A DNA stretch of 64,000 nt, taken from NCBI RefSeq assembly GCF_044704955.1, contig NC_091987.1, forward strand, positions 200,074,001 to 200,138,000. Direction: 5' to 3'. Both the position numbers and the translations under genes were made by a program. The first letter of the stretch is position 1. Each line of letters starts with the position of its first letter. Of the stretch, positions 11,701 to 24,319 are shown in pieces. A model generated the notes under the pieces. That model was not told the origin of the DNA. It was given only the letters and a program-made list of their open reading frames with translations, and did not search any database. The stretch is from Pristiophorus japonicus (lineage: Eukaryota).

Positions 11701-14700
11701 CTGACGGGACTGGACAGGTTAGATGCGGGAAGAATGTTCCCGATGTTGGGGAAGTCCAAAACCAGGGGACATAGTCTTAGGATAAGGAGTAAGCCATTTA
11801 GGACTGAGATGAGGAGAAACGTCTTCACTCAGAGAGTTGTTAACCTATGGAATTCCCTGCTACAGAGAGATGTTGATGCCAGTTCATTGGATATATTCAA
11901 GAGGGAGTTAGATATGGCCCTTACGCCTAAGGGGATCAAGGGATATGGAGAGAAAACAGGAAAGGGGTACTGAGAGAATGATCAGCCATGATCTTATTGA
12001 ATGGCGGTGCAGGCTCGAAGGGCCGAATGGCCTACTCCTGTACCTATTTTCTATGTTTCTATGCATACATTTCAGGCGGGCAATCCTGTGTCGTTTCTGG
12101 CCATCCCGTTGTGATTTGTTGTATGACCAGTTGTAGTGTGGAGTCGCTTGCAATTGAGCATTGTATGTAGTCAGTCCTTGTTTGGAGAGTGGGAGAAAGT
12201 CTACCATGTGGATGCATTCCACTGCAATTTCTGTCGGTGATCTCTTCACGTTTTCGAGGTATGCATGTGAGAGGGTGTCTGCTCAATACATTTCTTTTCC
12301 TGGTTGATACTTTATTTCAACAGCATATTGGTTGAGCCGAATGAGCAGATGTCGTAGCCGCTTGGGTGCTGTCGATAATGGCTTGCGATGTATGGCAACG
12401 AAAGGCTTATGGTCTGTCCATAATGTGATCTTGCGACCATATACGTATCGATGGTTTTATTCCATTCCGAAGACTTGAGCAAGTAGCTCCTTTTCGATTT
12501 GAGAGTATCGCGTTTCTGCTGGAGTGAGTGCTCGGCTCGTGTATGCGATTGGTTGCCCCTGTTGCAGAAAGACGAACCCAAGACCCTTGCTCGATGCATC
12601 TCCTTGACCTACGATTCCAAGTTTGTGGTCAAAGTACCTGAGCACCAGAGAATCTACCACGTGTTGTTTGATAGCTTCAAATGCTTTGTCTTGTTCTTCA
12701 ATCCATTTCCAGACCGTGTCTTTATGAGTAAGCCGTCGCAGAGACTCGCTGAGGTCTGACAAATTGTTGTACACCTGCGACATCTTGTGATTTCTGCATT
12801 TCGTTGATTGCAACCACTTTGCTTGGGTCAGCTTTGAGTTCATCACTAGATAGTATGTGTCTCAAGTATTTCACTTGGGAGCTCTTGTATTTGAACTTAT
12901 CGAAGTTAAGTTTGATATTTCGCTCTCTGCATGAATATGCGTAAGTTTGCGTCATGATCGTGATTGGCCTCGTTAAATGTTTCACTACATCCAATGATCA
13001 AGATATCATATAGACTCCATCTAGATCCTTGAGGTTCTGGTCTAGCTTCTGCTGGAAGATTTCCGGGGCAGGACTGATGCCAAATGGCATTCTTTTATAT
13101 CGATATCGTCCCCATGGAGTCTGGAAGGTCATGAGGTAGGAGGACTCTGTGTCTAGTTCACATTGCAAGAAACCCTCCTTTCAATGTGCTTTAGTGAAGA
13201 CCTTTACATTTGACATCTGTGGCAAGGTATCATCGATCACTGGAATTGGATAGTGTCCACGTTTAGGGCTTTGTTCAGATGTTGAGGGTCGATACATACT
13301 CGTATCTTTGCACAAAAAACAAATACAATCACTAGACTGGATATCCAGTCCATCGGTTCAACAACTTTCGTGATGATTTGTCGATTTTCCAAATGATTGA
13401 GTTCCACTTTTAGCGTTTGTTTGATCGATATTGGCACCCGTCTGGGTGGCATTACAGCTGATGTCGCTGACTAATTAAGTTCAAGGTGAACTGTCCCTGG
13501 CATGTGTCCAAGTCCCTGAAACACATCCGGATACGCATTGTTGATATCAGTTTTTGACACTAGAGAGATGTTTGCCTTGTTCGTAGTTTGCAATTCGCGT
13601 CGTTCATTTACCACCGCAATATTCTGATGTTGCACTTTTATCAGTTGTAGCTGTTGAGCAGTGCATGAGCCAATCAGTGGTGCACTTTGGCCCTCAATGA
13701 TCACAAAGGGCACAATGTACTTTTGCTTGTTCTGTGTAGTTTCCAGTGGCACATTACAAGTCCCTACCACTGGAATGGTTGCATGATTGTCATATAGTGA
13801 CAGTATTATTTTAGATTCTTTTATCTTTAAGCCTTTTGGTAAGTCTCTAAGAGGTAGCACATTGCATGTGGCCCCACAATCTATTTGCATTTTTACCATT
13901 TGACCTTTAGTGGAGAAGATAGCCATAATCTAGCCAGCTTTGTCCTTGATTGTACGATTAGCTTTACCAAGCGTCTTTACAATCATGACTTCAAAATCAA
14001 AATCATAACTCTCTTCAAACAGTGCATGAACTTTTGGTTTGCCCTTATATTGAGGGTTATGTGTAGACTTCTGCCTCGATCCATTCTGCCTACACTTTTG
14101 TAAAAAGTGATTTTGTTTACCGCAATTTGTGCTGGGCATTTAGTTTTTCACAGCTTATGTCTTTTGCCACAATATCTGCAATTATTCATGAACTCTTTGT
14201 CTGTGAATTCTTTCTTTGTGGGTCGGGGTTTCTGTCTGACAGCTTTGACATCTTCAGAGTCTGTTTTAGTGAGCTTCATGGATTTCATTTGCGCAACTGT
14301 GGCCTCTATAGCTTTACAGAGCATCACACATTTAGCAAGTGTTAGGCTTGATTCTTGCAACAGCTCTTATGCAGAGTGTTATCAGATATGCGGTCTCTGA
14401 TGAAATCATCCCTCAAATTGCCGAAATCACATGACGATGCTAGCTCTCTCACTTTCACGAGCTATCTGTCAAACCGCTCGTCCCCTTGTACACAGTTGTT
14501 AAACTGGTACCGTTCATAGATGATGTTGGTTTTACCTTTACAGTGCTCTTCCCAGAGCTTCAAAATAATCTCAATTTCCTGCTGGTCTTCCTCTGAATTG
14601 TAGGGCAGATTATTGTGGATATCTAGGGCATCGCCACCAATGGTAGTGATATACATTGCAACCCTAACTCGATCTGGTTTTTCCACAATATTTGTGATAA

Positions 14701-15116
14701 TTTCATAGCTGTCCCACAGCTGTGAATTTTTTCCAGTTGGCTTTCAAATCGCCCGACACCTGCAATGCAGATGGGAGAGGAATGTGCACGGGAGTTGGCA
14801 CCGTGGTGGTCATGATAACTCACTTCAGTTTAGGACTTTGAGTTTGTCACATACATGATACAGTTCAAATACCTAGAGGACGAGAACAAGTCTAATAGTA
14901 AAATATCGTGGCCATGTAATTGTAGAAATAGTTTTTCAATCGAGGCTCTACAGTAACTTATGCCACTTTGAGTTCACTTTACTAATGCCTGTGTGGTTGT
15001 GGTGTGTGTTTGGCTGTTGTGGGAGGCATGAGGGAGATTCACCAGGAGCAAAACGCCTACTAAGGACCAAGAACATAGTTGGCACCGAGTTTTTGTCCAA
15101 CAAATAAGATATAACA
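8796..15116 (-). mobile_element. Gypsy (K02A2.6-like) LTR retrotransposon #1, decayed, 3'-truncated, interrupted by a CR1
   Basis: Putative 5' LTR 15116-14915 (TGttat..attaCA) followed by TGGCCACG PBS; gag 14823-13930 with CRYCG/CGKQNH knuckles; protease IDCGATCN; RT; RNase H DASSKGLG and YSQIEKELLA; integrase zinc-binding LHAAHTG at 8800-8990. Confidence 0.88.
8991..12062 (+). mobile_element. CR1 LINE copy 1 (whole ORF2: APE endonuclease + RT, with stops and frameshifts)
   Basis: [45 protein letters not shown]; ctatgtttctatg tail. Confidence 0.97.
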
Positions 15117-15699
15117 TGGAAGGGTGGTGGAGGCCCTGGAGCTGGTAGTCAGGAACACTGGTGGCAATGGGCTTTCAGTGGTCCCGGAGTGCGGCACTGC
15201 ACCCCAAGGTCCTGTACCCACCTTGCCAGCCACACATGAGACCAGCAGCAACGTTTTGCTTCTGGCTTGGAGCATGTTCCCATCTTGGGACCATCCTCTC
15301 CTGGATCCGTCCAAGCACTGGTTTGGCCGTCATCCCCCCCCACCCGCCAATGAAGCATCGCCTGAGGAGCTCCTCGGCCAGGCAACGTGGAGTCAGGAGG
15401 GGAAGGGGTAGAGGTGGGGAAGAAAAGTGGGGGTGGGGAGAAGGGTTGTTTTTTACAGAAATACTGATGATTTCAGACAAATGTTCGGTTTAAATGTTTT
15501 TTAGTTAACAAAACCTTGTTACGCATTGGCTCAGATAGCTGCACCGTTACACTCTGGTGATTCCTTAACATCAAAGGGTATAATGACACTTAACTTCAAT
15601 CAGCTTAAATTTTAACTGTCACCAAAGTGATGCCTACCATTGATGTATGACCTGCACACCTAGCAATGTGTCAGCCTTGTCAATAACACCAATTTTATT

Positions 15700-16884
15700 T
15701 CAGGCAAAGCGATCATTGATGAGCTCCTGACATAAGGCTCTTGCAGCTATCATGCCACCACAGGCCCTTTCATGCAGTCTACAAGAGGGGGGGGGCGGGG
15801 GCATGGCTTCAGCGTCAGCCTGATTGTGTGGGCCGATGTCAGTGTCCGCCTCCTCGTCCTCCTCTTCCTCTCTCTGGTGAGATGGACTGTCAGACTCATC
15901 AGGCAATTCTTGTCCCCTCCTGATAGCCAAGTTGTGCAGCATGGAGCATACCACCACGAATTGAGCTACCTGCTCAGGGTGGTATTGGAGGTCACCTCCT
16001 GAGTGGTCCAGGCATCTAAAGCGCTGCTTAAGCACTCCAATGGTTTTCTCCACAATATTGCAAGTGGCTCTGTGGCTCTCATGGTATCGCCTGTCAGCTT
16101 TGCTGTGGGTGTCACGCAGGGGGGTCATCAGCCAGGTGGCGAGGCCATATCCTTTGTCACCAAGCATCCAGCATTGACCTTGTGGCTGATTATTAAACAA
16201 GTCAGATACAGTGCTCTCATGCAGGATGTGAGCATCATGGATGCTGCCCGGAAATTAAGCATTCACTGCCATTAGAATTTGCTGGTTGTCGACAACAAGT
16301 TGGACATTCAGGGAGTGGAATCCCTTGCGGTTCCTGAAAACCTCTGCATCCTGAAAAATTGTCCACATCGCGATGTGCGTATAGTCTATTGCACCCTGCA
16401 TCTTGGGGAAGTTTGCAATTCTGGAGAATCCTAGAGTCCTCTCACTCCGTGCCTCCCTGGTCAAGTCCCTCCTGCATGCATATAGGGCTTCAGTGACCTG
16501 TCTAATGCAGCACTGTGTGGCACGTTGAGACAGTCCGCAAATTTCGCCAGCTGTGGCCTGAAAAGAACCCAACATATAGAATTGACAGTGCTGCGGCGAT
16601 TTTGACCTTGATGGGCAGTGCAGTACTGATGGTGCTGGCAGGCTGCAGATCTCCCGTTATCAGCTGACATACCTCAGTGATAACCGCTTTGTGGAAGCGC
16701 AGTCTCTGAAGTCAGGTGGTGTCGGGCAAGTCGAGGTAAGAATGCTTCTCCAAGTACTTGTGGGGGATGTAATGTCTGGTCCTCCTCATCAGTCTGGCAC
16801 GTCTTTCATTGGGCATGTAATGCTGTGGAGCGTACCTTCGCCAATCTCGAGTCTGCTGCATGTAATTGGTCATCAGGAGAGGGT
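15700..16884 (-). pseudogene. Harbinger transposase pseudogene
   Basis: RLRFHKAVITEVCQL, FPKMQGAIDYTHI, FRNRKGFHSLNVQLV, WMLGDKGYGLATWLMTP, VEKTIGVLKQRFRCLD, VVCSMLHNLA; frameshifts and stops. Confidence 0.93.
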
Positions 16885-17126
16885 GAGAAAGGACAGGCCC
16901 TATTGCAATAACTCTCTGTTTTCCACCAATTGGTCACAAAGAATGAATGTCCCGATGAAGACACCTATTCAATTCCAATCAGTCACAGTATGGTCAAGAT
17001 GTTTGTACAGATGTTCATATCAACTCCAACAATCTGCAGTGTACACTTGAACTCCCCCAAAATTGATGCACAGCAGCCTTTTAAAAGATGTGACATGTGA
17101 TGTAGAACATGGCGTGCATAATGTTG

Positions 17127-20100
17127 TAGAAACATAGAAACATAGAAAATAGGTGCAGGAGTAGGCCATTCGGCCCTTCGAGCCTGCAGCACCATTCAAT
17201 GAGTTCATGGCTGAACATGCAAATTCAGTACCCCATTCTTGCTTTCTCGCCATACCCCTTGATCCCCCTAGTAGTAAGGACTACATCGAACTCCTTTTTG
17301 AATATATTTAGTGAATTGGCCTCAACAACTTTTTGTGGTAGAGAATTCCACAGGTTCACCACTCTCTGGGTGAAGAAGTTTCTCCTCATCTCGGTCCTAA
17401 ATGGCTTAGCCCTTATCCTTAGGCTGTGACCCCTGGTTCTGGACTTCCCCAACATTGGGAACATTCTTCCTGCATCTAACCTGTCTAAACCTTTCAGAAT
17501 TTTAAACATTTCTACGAGATCCCCTCTCATTCTTCTGAACTCCAGTGAATACAAGCCCAGTTGATCCAGTCTTTCTTGATATGTCAGTCCCGCCATCCCA
17601 GGAATCAGTCTGGTGAACCTTCGCTGCACTCCCTCAATAGCAAGAATGTCCTTCCTCAAGTTAGGAGACCAAAACTGTACACAATACTCCAGGTGTGGCC
17701 TCACCAAGGCCCTGTACAACTGTAGTAACACCTCCCTGCCCCTGTACTCAAATCCCCTCGCTCTGAAGGCCAACATGCCATTTGCTTTCTTAACCGCCTG
17801 CTGTACCTGCATGCCAACCTTCAATGACTGATGTACCATGACACCCAGGTCTCGTTGCACCTCCCCTTTTCCTAATCTGTCACCATTCAGATAATATCTG
17901 TCTCTCTGTTTTTACCACCAAAGTGGATAACCTCACATTTATCCACATTATACTTCATCTGCCATGCATTTTCCTACACACCTAACCTATCCAAATCACT
18001 CTGCAGCCTCATAGCATCCTCCTCGCAGCTCACACTGCCACCCAGCTTAGTGTCATCCGCAAATCTGGAGATACTACATTCAATCCCCTCGTCTAAATCA
18101 TTAATGTACAATGTAAACAGCTGGGGTCCCAGCACAGAACCTTGCCGTACCCCACTAGTCACTGCCTGCCATTCTGAAAAGTACCCATTTACTCCTACTC
18201 TTTGCTTCCTGTCTGCCAACCAGTTCTCAATCCATGTCAGCACACTACCCCCAATCCCATGTGCTTTAACTTTGCACATTAATCTCTTGTGTGGGACCTT
18301 GTCGAAAGCCTTCTGAAAGTCCAAATACACCACTTCAACTGGTTCTCCCTTGTCCACTCTACTGGAAACATCCTCAAAAAATTCCAGAAGATTTGTCAAG
18401 CATAATTTCCCTTTCACAAATCCATGCTGACTTGGACCTATCATGTCACCTCTTTCCAAATGCGCTGCTATTATAATTGATTCTATCATTTTACCCACTA
18501 CTGATGTCAGGCTGACCGGTCGATAATTCCCTGTTTTCTCTCTCCCTCCTTTTTTAAAAAGTGGGGTTACATTGGCTACCTTCCACTCCATAGGAACTGA
18601 TCCAGAGTCTATGGAATGTTGGAAAATGACTGTCAATGCATCCGCTATTTCCAAGGCCACCTTCTTAAGTACTCTGGGATGCAGTCCATCAGGCCCTGGG
18701 GATTTATCGACCTTCAAACCCATCAATTTCCCCAACACAATTTCCTGACTAATAAGGATTCCCCTCAGTTCCTCCTTCTTACTAGACCCTCTGACCCCTT
18801 TTATATTCGGAAGGTAGTTTGTGTCCTCCTTAGTGAATACCGAACCAAAGTGCTTGTTCAATTGGTCTGCCATTTCTTTGTTCCCCGTTATGACTTCCCC
18901 TGATTCTGACTGCATGGGACCTACGTTTGTCTTTACTAACCTTTTTCTCTTTACATATCTATAGAAACTTTTGCAGTCCGTCTTAATGTTCCCTGCAAGC
19001 TTCCTCTCGTACTCTATTTTCCCTGCCCTAATCAAACCCTTTGTCCTCCTCTGCTGAGTTCTACATTTCTCCCAGTCCCCGGGTTCACTGCTATTTCTGG
19101 CCAAATTGTATGCCACTTCCTTGGCTTTAATACTATCCCTGATTTCCCTTGATAGCCACGGTTGAGCCATCTTCCCTTTTTTATTTTTACGCCAGACAGG
19201 GATGTACAATTGTTGTAGTTCATCCATGCGATCTCTAAATGTCTGCCATTGCCCATCCACAGTCAACCCCTTAAGGATCATTCGCCAATCTATCCGATCC
19301 AATTCAGGCCTCATACCTTCAAAGTTACCCTTCTTGAAGTTCTGGACCATGATCTCTGAATTAACTGTTTCATTCTCCATCCTAATGGAGAATTCCACCA
19401 TGTTATGGTCACTCTTTCCCAAGGGGCCTCACACAACGAGATTGCTAATTAATCGTCTCTCATTACACAACACCCAGATGGCCTCTCCCCTAGTTGGTTC
19501 CTCGACATATTGGTCTAGAAAACTATCCCTTATGCACTCCAGGAAATCCTCCTCCACCATATTGCTTCCAGTTTGGTTAGCCCAATCTATGTGCATATTA
19601 AAGTCACCCATGATAACTGCTGCACCTTTATTGCATGCACCCCTAATTTCCTGTTTGATGCCCTCCCCAATATCACTACTACTGTTTGGAGGTCTGTACA
19701 CAACTCCCACTAACGTTTTTTGCCCTTTGGTGTTCTGCAGCTCTACCCATATAGATTCCAGATCATCCAAGCTAATGTCCTTCCGAACTATTGGATTAAT
19801 CTCCTCTTTAACCAGCAATGCCACCCCACCTCCTTTTCCTTTTATTCTATCCTTCCTGAATGTTGAATACCCATGGATGTTGAGTTCCCAGCCCTGATCA
19901 TCCTGGATCCACGTCTCTGTAATCCCAATCACATCATATCTGTTAACATCTATTTGCACAGTTAATTCATCCACCTTATTACAGATACTCCTTGCTTTAA
20001 GACACAAAGCCTTCAGGCTTGTTTTTTTAACACCCTTTGTCCTTTTAGAATTATGATGTAGTATGGCTCTTTTTGTTTCTTGCCTTTGTTTACTCGGCCT

Positions 20101-20220
20101 TCCACTATTGCTTTTTACCTTTCTACCATCTGTTTCTGACTCCATATTACTTCGCCCTATCTCGCTTCATAGGTTCCCATCCTCCTGCCATATTAGTTTA
20201 AACACTCCCAAACTGCATTA
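17127..20220 (-). mobile_element. CR1 LINE copy 2 (whole ORF2, frameshifted)
   Basis: ORFs 19429-20145 (EN), 17974-19422 (RT, FADD) and 17225-17860; (tagaaaca)n tail at 17127. Confidence 0.97.
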
Positions 20221-20749
20221 GTTGTGATTAGTTTCGGTTAGTTCTCCTTTTTTTGGGCGTTTTATTGTGGCCGATATGTGTGCGAGGTGGTGAAAGTGAT
20301 GCTGGGCGATCTCATGGCCACTAGTTTTGGTAAATATGCTCTTTACGACAAAAAAAAGTGGGCGGGCGTTAATATTGAATCTCGGTGTTAAATCAGTGTG
20401 GAAATTAATGCTGGGCAATATTATGGCCGTTGTTTTTGCCCATTCTGATGAAACCACCCAAAAAAAGTAGGCAGGTGGTATTATTTTTCTTGCCGTTAAG
20501 CACATGGAGCTTGGCGATAAGTATCTGAAAAATGCCCATCAGTTTTCAATTTGTGGCTAAATGGGCAATATATGGGCATTATACATCATTTCAGTGGTAA
20601 AATGGGCATTAATTGGGCATTAAGCATGCAAAAAAAGTGGAAAATCTAGCCCCATGTATTTTATAGTCTCTTGAACACTCTTGGACACTCTTAGTTCACC
20701 TTAACTCTATTTACTTGGGAGATCTCAGACATCCATGTGGAGCTTTAAG

Positions 20750-21136
20750 ATGGCGTTCCTTCACAGACCCTCTTTCTCAATACATTATCGATACCTCCAA
20801 GCTAGAAGGCGCTATACATTATTGATACCTCCTAGCTAGAGGGCGCTATACATTATCTCGTTACACTTCTGTGCTGTAACTATTCTATGATTCAATGAGG
20901 CACTGTCGGAGGAGCTCTGCAGGTGCAGACCGTGCTTCAGCAAGGAAGTGATTGACTATTTGCGTGAGATTCTAGATGAAGACCTAATTCCATGGTATAC
21001 CACCCGCAGGGCCTTGTCAGTGGCAAAGAAGGTGACGATAGCCCTCAATTGCTATGGCATCATTTCCTTCCAGTCTGGCATTGGAGATGGCTAACATCAA
21101 CCAAGGGGCTGCGAGGACCTGCATTCAACAGGTGCT
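20750..21136 (+). pseudogene. Harbinger transposase #3, N-terminal remnant
   Basis: Manual translation ALSEELCRCRPCFSKEVIDYLREILDEDL..RRALSVAKKVTIALNCYGIISFQSGIGD..NINQGAARTCIQQV follows the HARBI1-like HTH region pattern. Confidence 0.7.
20781..20857 (+). repeat. 34-bp tandem duplication
   Basis: tacattatcgatacctccaagctagaaggcgcta repeated about 2.2 times. Confidence 0.85.
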
Positions 21137-21259
21137 GTCATGTATGTGATCTCCATGTAACTGTAACCTTCATGTAACAACACTGTACACTGTATACACC
21201 TAAGAAATGCACACCTTGACCACAGGGGGTGAACTTGTGGGAGACACTCCTCACCTGTA
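21137..21259 (+). mobile_element. 5' half of an LTR related to the Gypsy #2 LTRs
   Basis: Starts tgtcatgta and contains gaccacagggggtgaacttgtgggagacactcct, shared with 28895-29139. Confidence 0.8.
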
Positions 21260-21892
21260 TCCAGCAAAGACATTGATGTGTTAATCATCAATGGCATGTG
21301 TCTTCAAGTGGCTGTATAGGCCAATTCTGGATGCACATAGTCTCTTGCACATCAGACAAGGGAAGTTCGATGTGCCTGATGCTGACAGTACTGCCACCTG
21401 GTGTCGTCTATCTCTAGTGTCCCACAGGCTTTGACATCAGCTTTCTTCGAAGGACTGGTAGGCAGTCCTCGTGAGGGTTCGCCACTGGATTTTATTAGCT
21501 GCTGTATTCTCGAGGTCCTTTGGTCGGATGCCACAGTGCTAGAGGTTAGCCTTGATGCAATCTTTGTAACGCTTGCAGGGGCGCCCCTGGTGTCTTTCAC
21601 CTTCACAGAGCTCGACGCGAAGAAGCTGACGAGGGATCCTTGACTCATCCATGCGGATGACATGTCCAGCCCACCGGAACTGGGCTCGCATGATCATCAC
21701 CTCGATGCTAGTTGATTGTGCTCTCTCCAGAACCTCAAAGTTTGACATCCGGTCTTGCCAGCGTATGTGGAGTATAGATCTGAGACTGCGCATATGGAAA
21801 GCTTCAAACTTTCTGATGTGATGCCTGTAGGGTGTCCAGGTCTCACATCCATAAAGGAGAGATGAGAGAACGACTGCTCTATACACCAACAT
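21260..21892 (-). mobile_element. RTE LINE 3' segment
   Basis: VYRAVVLSSLLYGCETW, RWAGHVIRMDESRIPRQ; C-terminal CLMC..SRIGLYSHLKTH zinc finger. Confidence 0.92.
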
Positions 21893-23517
21893 CGTTATAA
21901 CATCGATATAGCGGCTCTGAGTGAGACAAGACTTGCAGAGGAGGGCTGCGTGAGTGAACTAGGTAGCGGCTACACCTTCTATTGGAACGGCAAGGCAGAG
22001 AATGAGAATAGGATCCACGGAGTTGGCATAGCAGTGAAGACTTCTCTTATGCAACAGTTTCCAAATCTGCCTGAAGGGATTAACGAAAGACTTATGAAAG
22101 TGCGTTTCCCCCTGAATGCCAAGCGTCACATCACCATTATAAGTGCTTATGCACTCACCCTTCCAAGCCCCGATGAGATGAAAGAGGGGTTCTATGAAGA
22201 TCTCGATAGACTGGTCAGGTCCACACCTGCTGGGGACAAGTTGATCATCCTGGGTGATTTCAACGCACGAGTTGGAAAAGGCAGCAAGCACAGGAAGGGA
22301 GTCATTGGACAGCACGGCACAGGAAAATTAAACAGTAATGGCCTCCTCCTCTTGAGTATGTACGCGGAGAATGTCATGTCTTCAATCAGCATTGTAACCC
22401 ATGTATAAACTGACAAGTTGTACGCTGTGAGAACAATGACCACTAGGTGGTGAACTTTTGGGAGACACTCCTAACCTGGACCTTCATCTCTTGAGTGCTA
22501 TGGAATAAAGGACAGGTCACAGATTGACCTTCCCTCAAGCATGGGCCTCGTGTGCATTTATACTGTATAGTAAGGACGTATAATTGACAAATACTCTATT
22601 CAGGCAGGCCAACAAGTACAAAACAACTTGGATGCACCCCAGGTCTAAGCAATGGCACATGATAGACCATGTCATTGTAGAAGGCCAGACATTAAAGAGC
22701 CATGCGGGGAGCAGAATGCTAGACAGATCACCATCTAATCAGATCCACTCTCCAGCTGTACATTGCTCCACTTCAACGCAAGCGTCCAAAACTGAGCAGA
22801 AGTGCGTTTAACACAGCTAGGCTGAAACATCAGTGCTACCGTGAACAGTTCCAGGATGACCTCGATAACAGGCTGATGTCTCACGGACCGCTCATCGGCA
22901 ACACCACACAGAAGTGGGCAAAGCTCAAACAGATAGTGACAGACTCAGCAAAGACAACTCTTGGACTTAAAAAGAAGGTACACCAAGACTGGTTCGATGA
23001 AAACAACGTTGAGATCTGCAAGACGCTGGATGAAAAGAAAAAAGCATATCTAGAATGGCAAAATGACCCTTCCTCAATTTCCAAGAGGGACCGTAACAGA
23101 CATAGGCAGAGCAAAGCACAAAGAGACCTTCGACAGATGCAAGATAAATGGTGACAAACGAAAGCAGAGGAAGTGGAACATTATGCTGAAACTCACAATA
23201 TCAAAATGTTCTTCAGCGCCATCAAGTCAGTCTCTGGATCATCAAAACCCAGTACTACTCCACTCCTTTCAGCAGATGGCAGCACATTGATGAAATACAG
23301 GACTGGCATAAATGAGAGGTGGAGAGGACACTTCAGTAATCTTCTTAATAGACCTTCAACAGTCAACGAAGAAGCACTTGACTCCATACTCCAGCAACCT
23401 ATCAAAGAGGATCTTGATCTTCCTCCCAGCATGGACGAAGTAAAGAAACCATCAACCAGATGAGTACAGGAAAGGCTCCAGGAAAGGATGGAATCCCTGC
23501 CGAAATCTACAAGGCTT
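21893..23517 (+). mobile_element. RTE LINE 5' segment (endonuclease to start of RT), inverted relative to the 3' segment; carries an LTR
   Basis: RYNIDIAALSETRL, LGDFNARVG, TTWMHPRSKQWHMID, KAPGKDGIPAEIYK. Confidence 0.92.
22372..22583 (+). mobile_element. Isolated LTR of the Gypsy #2 family inside the RTE
   Basis: tgtcatgtcttcaa..gggcctcgtgtgcatttatactgtatagtaaggac matches 28895-29139, with an internal deletion; no clean TSD. Confidence 0.88.
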
Positions 23518-23740
23518 TACAGTACGCCACGGATAAAGCAGCAAAGACGGCAGTGGTTTACTGCGCACTATGCTATTTCGCCCTGCAGGAAGGGCTCACC
23601 CTTGACTTGGCAAACGAGATGCCAGTAAAACCAACATGTATCTCCCTGGTCCCATGGTAGGTGGTCTTCCTGGAGAGGGCAGGACGGCAACAGCCAGGGT
23701 GACCAGAGATCAGCTCATGACTCAAGAGTTTGGACAATCA
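23518..23740 (+). pseudogene. Harbinger transposase #3, C-terminal remnant
   Basis: LQYATDKAAKTAVVYCALCYFALQEG..ARVTRDQLMTQEF parallels LQYHPEQVAQFVVVCSMLHNLA..QELINDRF; possible TIR gaaaattcgggcc near 24262. Confidence 0.6.
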
Positions 23741-24319
23741 CGACCCACACCCGGACTCACCACTGACCACCCACCCACTCCGAAGTTCCACCATCGGAAT
23801 GGAGATGCATTAAGAAGTACGGTGTGATATTTCCATGCAATGATCCCCATGAAGACACAAACACAAAGAAGGACAAGCAGGATATAGGCTAACAATTGAA
23901 CTTTAATTAAGCACCACATTTCCTGAACAAGCAACTTTTGAAGAAGATTTTTTTAACCATAATTAATTTTTTCAAGTTGAGTTAGGTTCATTTCCGAACT
24001 TGCAGATCACTTACCTCCTAATGCCACACCTCAATCTGACTTATGGCATTTGTTCCCAACTATTAATAGCCATGTAGCTGGTGTGCAGCATAGGCCATTG
24101 GCTGTGGTGTCCACGAGCTCTCTGAATCACCATTGTCCTCGCCATGCACGGTCGATGTTCCAGCAAGTGATTGCATTAATATCGATCGATATGAATGGGA
24201 AGATGAAAAATCCTAATAATGGTGAACGCCTGCAAACATGCTATTCCAGAAAATTCGGGCCTGTAATATTTGCAGTAGGGCAAGTTAACCAATCAATGGC
24301 TTATCCAAAATCAAATGGA

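Larger units (their letters stand above)
15117..20653 (-). mobile_element. Harbinger transposon #2, interrupted by CR1 copy 2 and cut at its left side by Gypsy #1
   Basis: Transposase remnant 15700-~16884; convergent + strand R/G-rich tail (15117-15430) like the end of the Myb gene of element #1; terminus ggaaaatctagcccc at 20653. Confidence 0.8.

Noticed and set aside
15700-16884. Domesticated HARBI1 gene
   Set aside because: Frameshifts, stops, a TIR and multiple paralogous remnants indicate a transposon copy.
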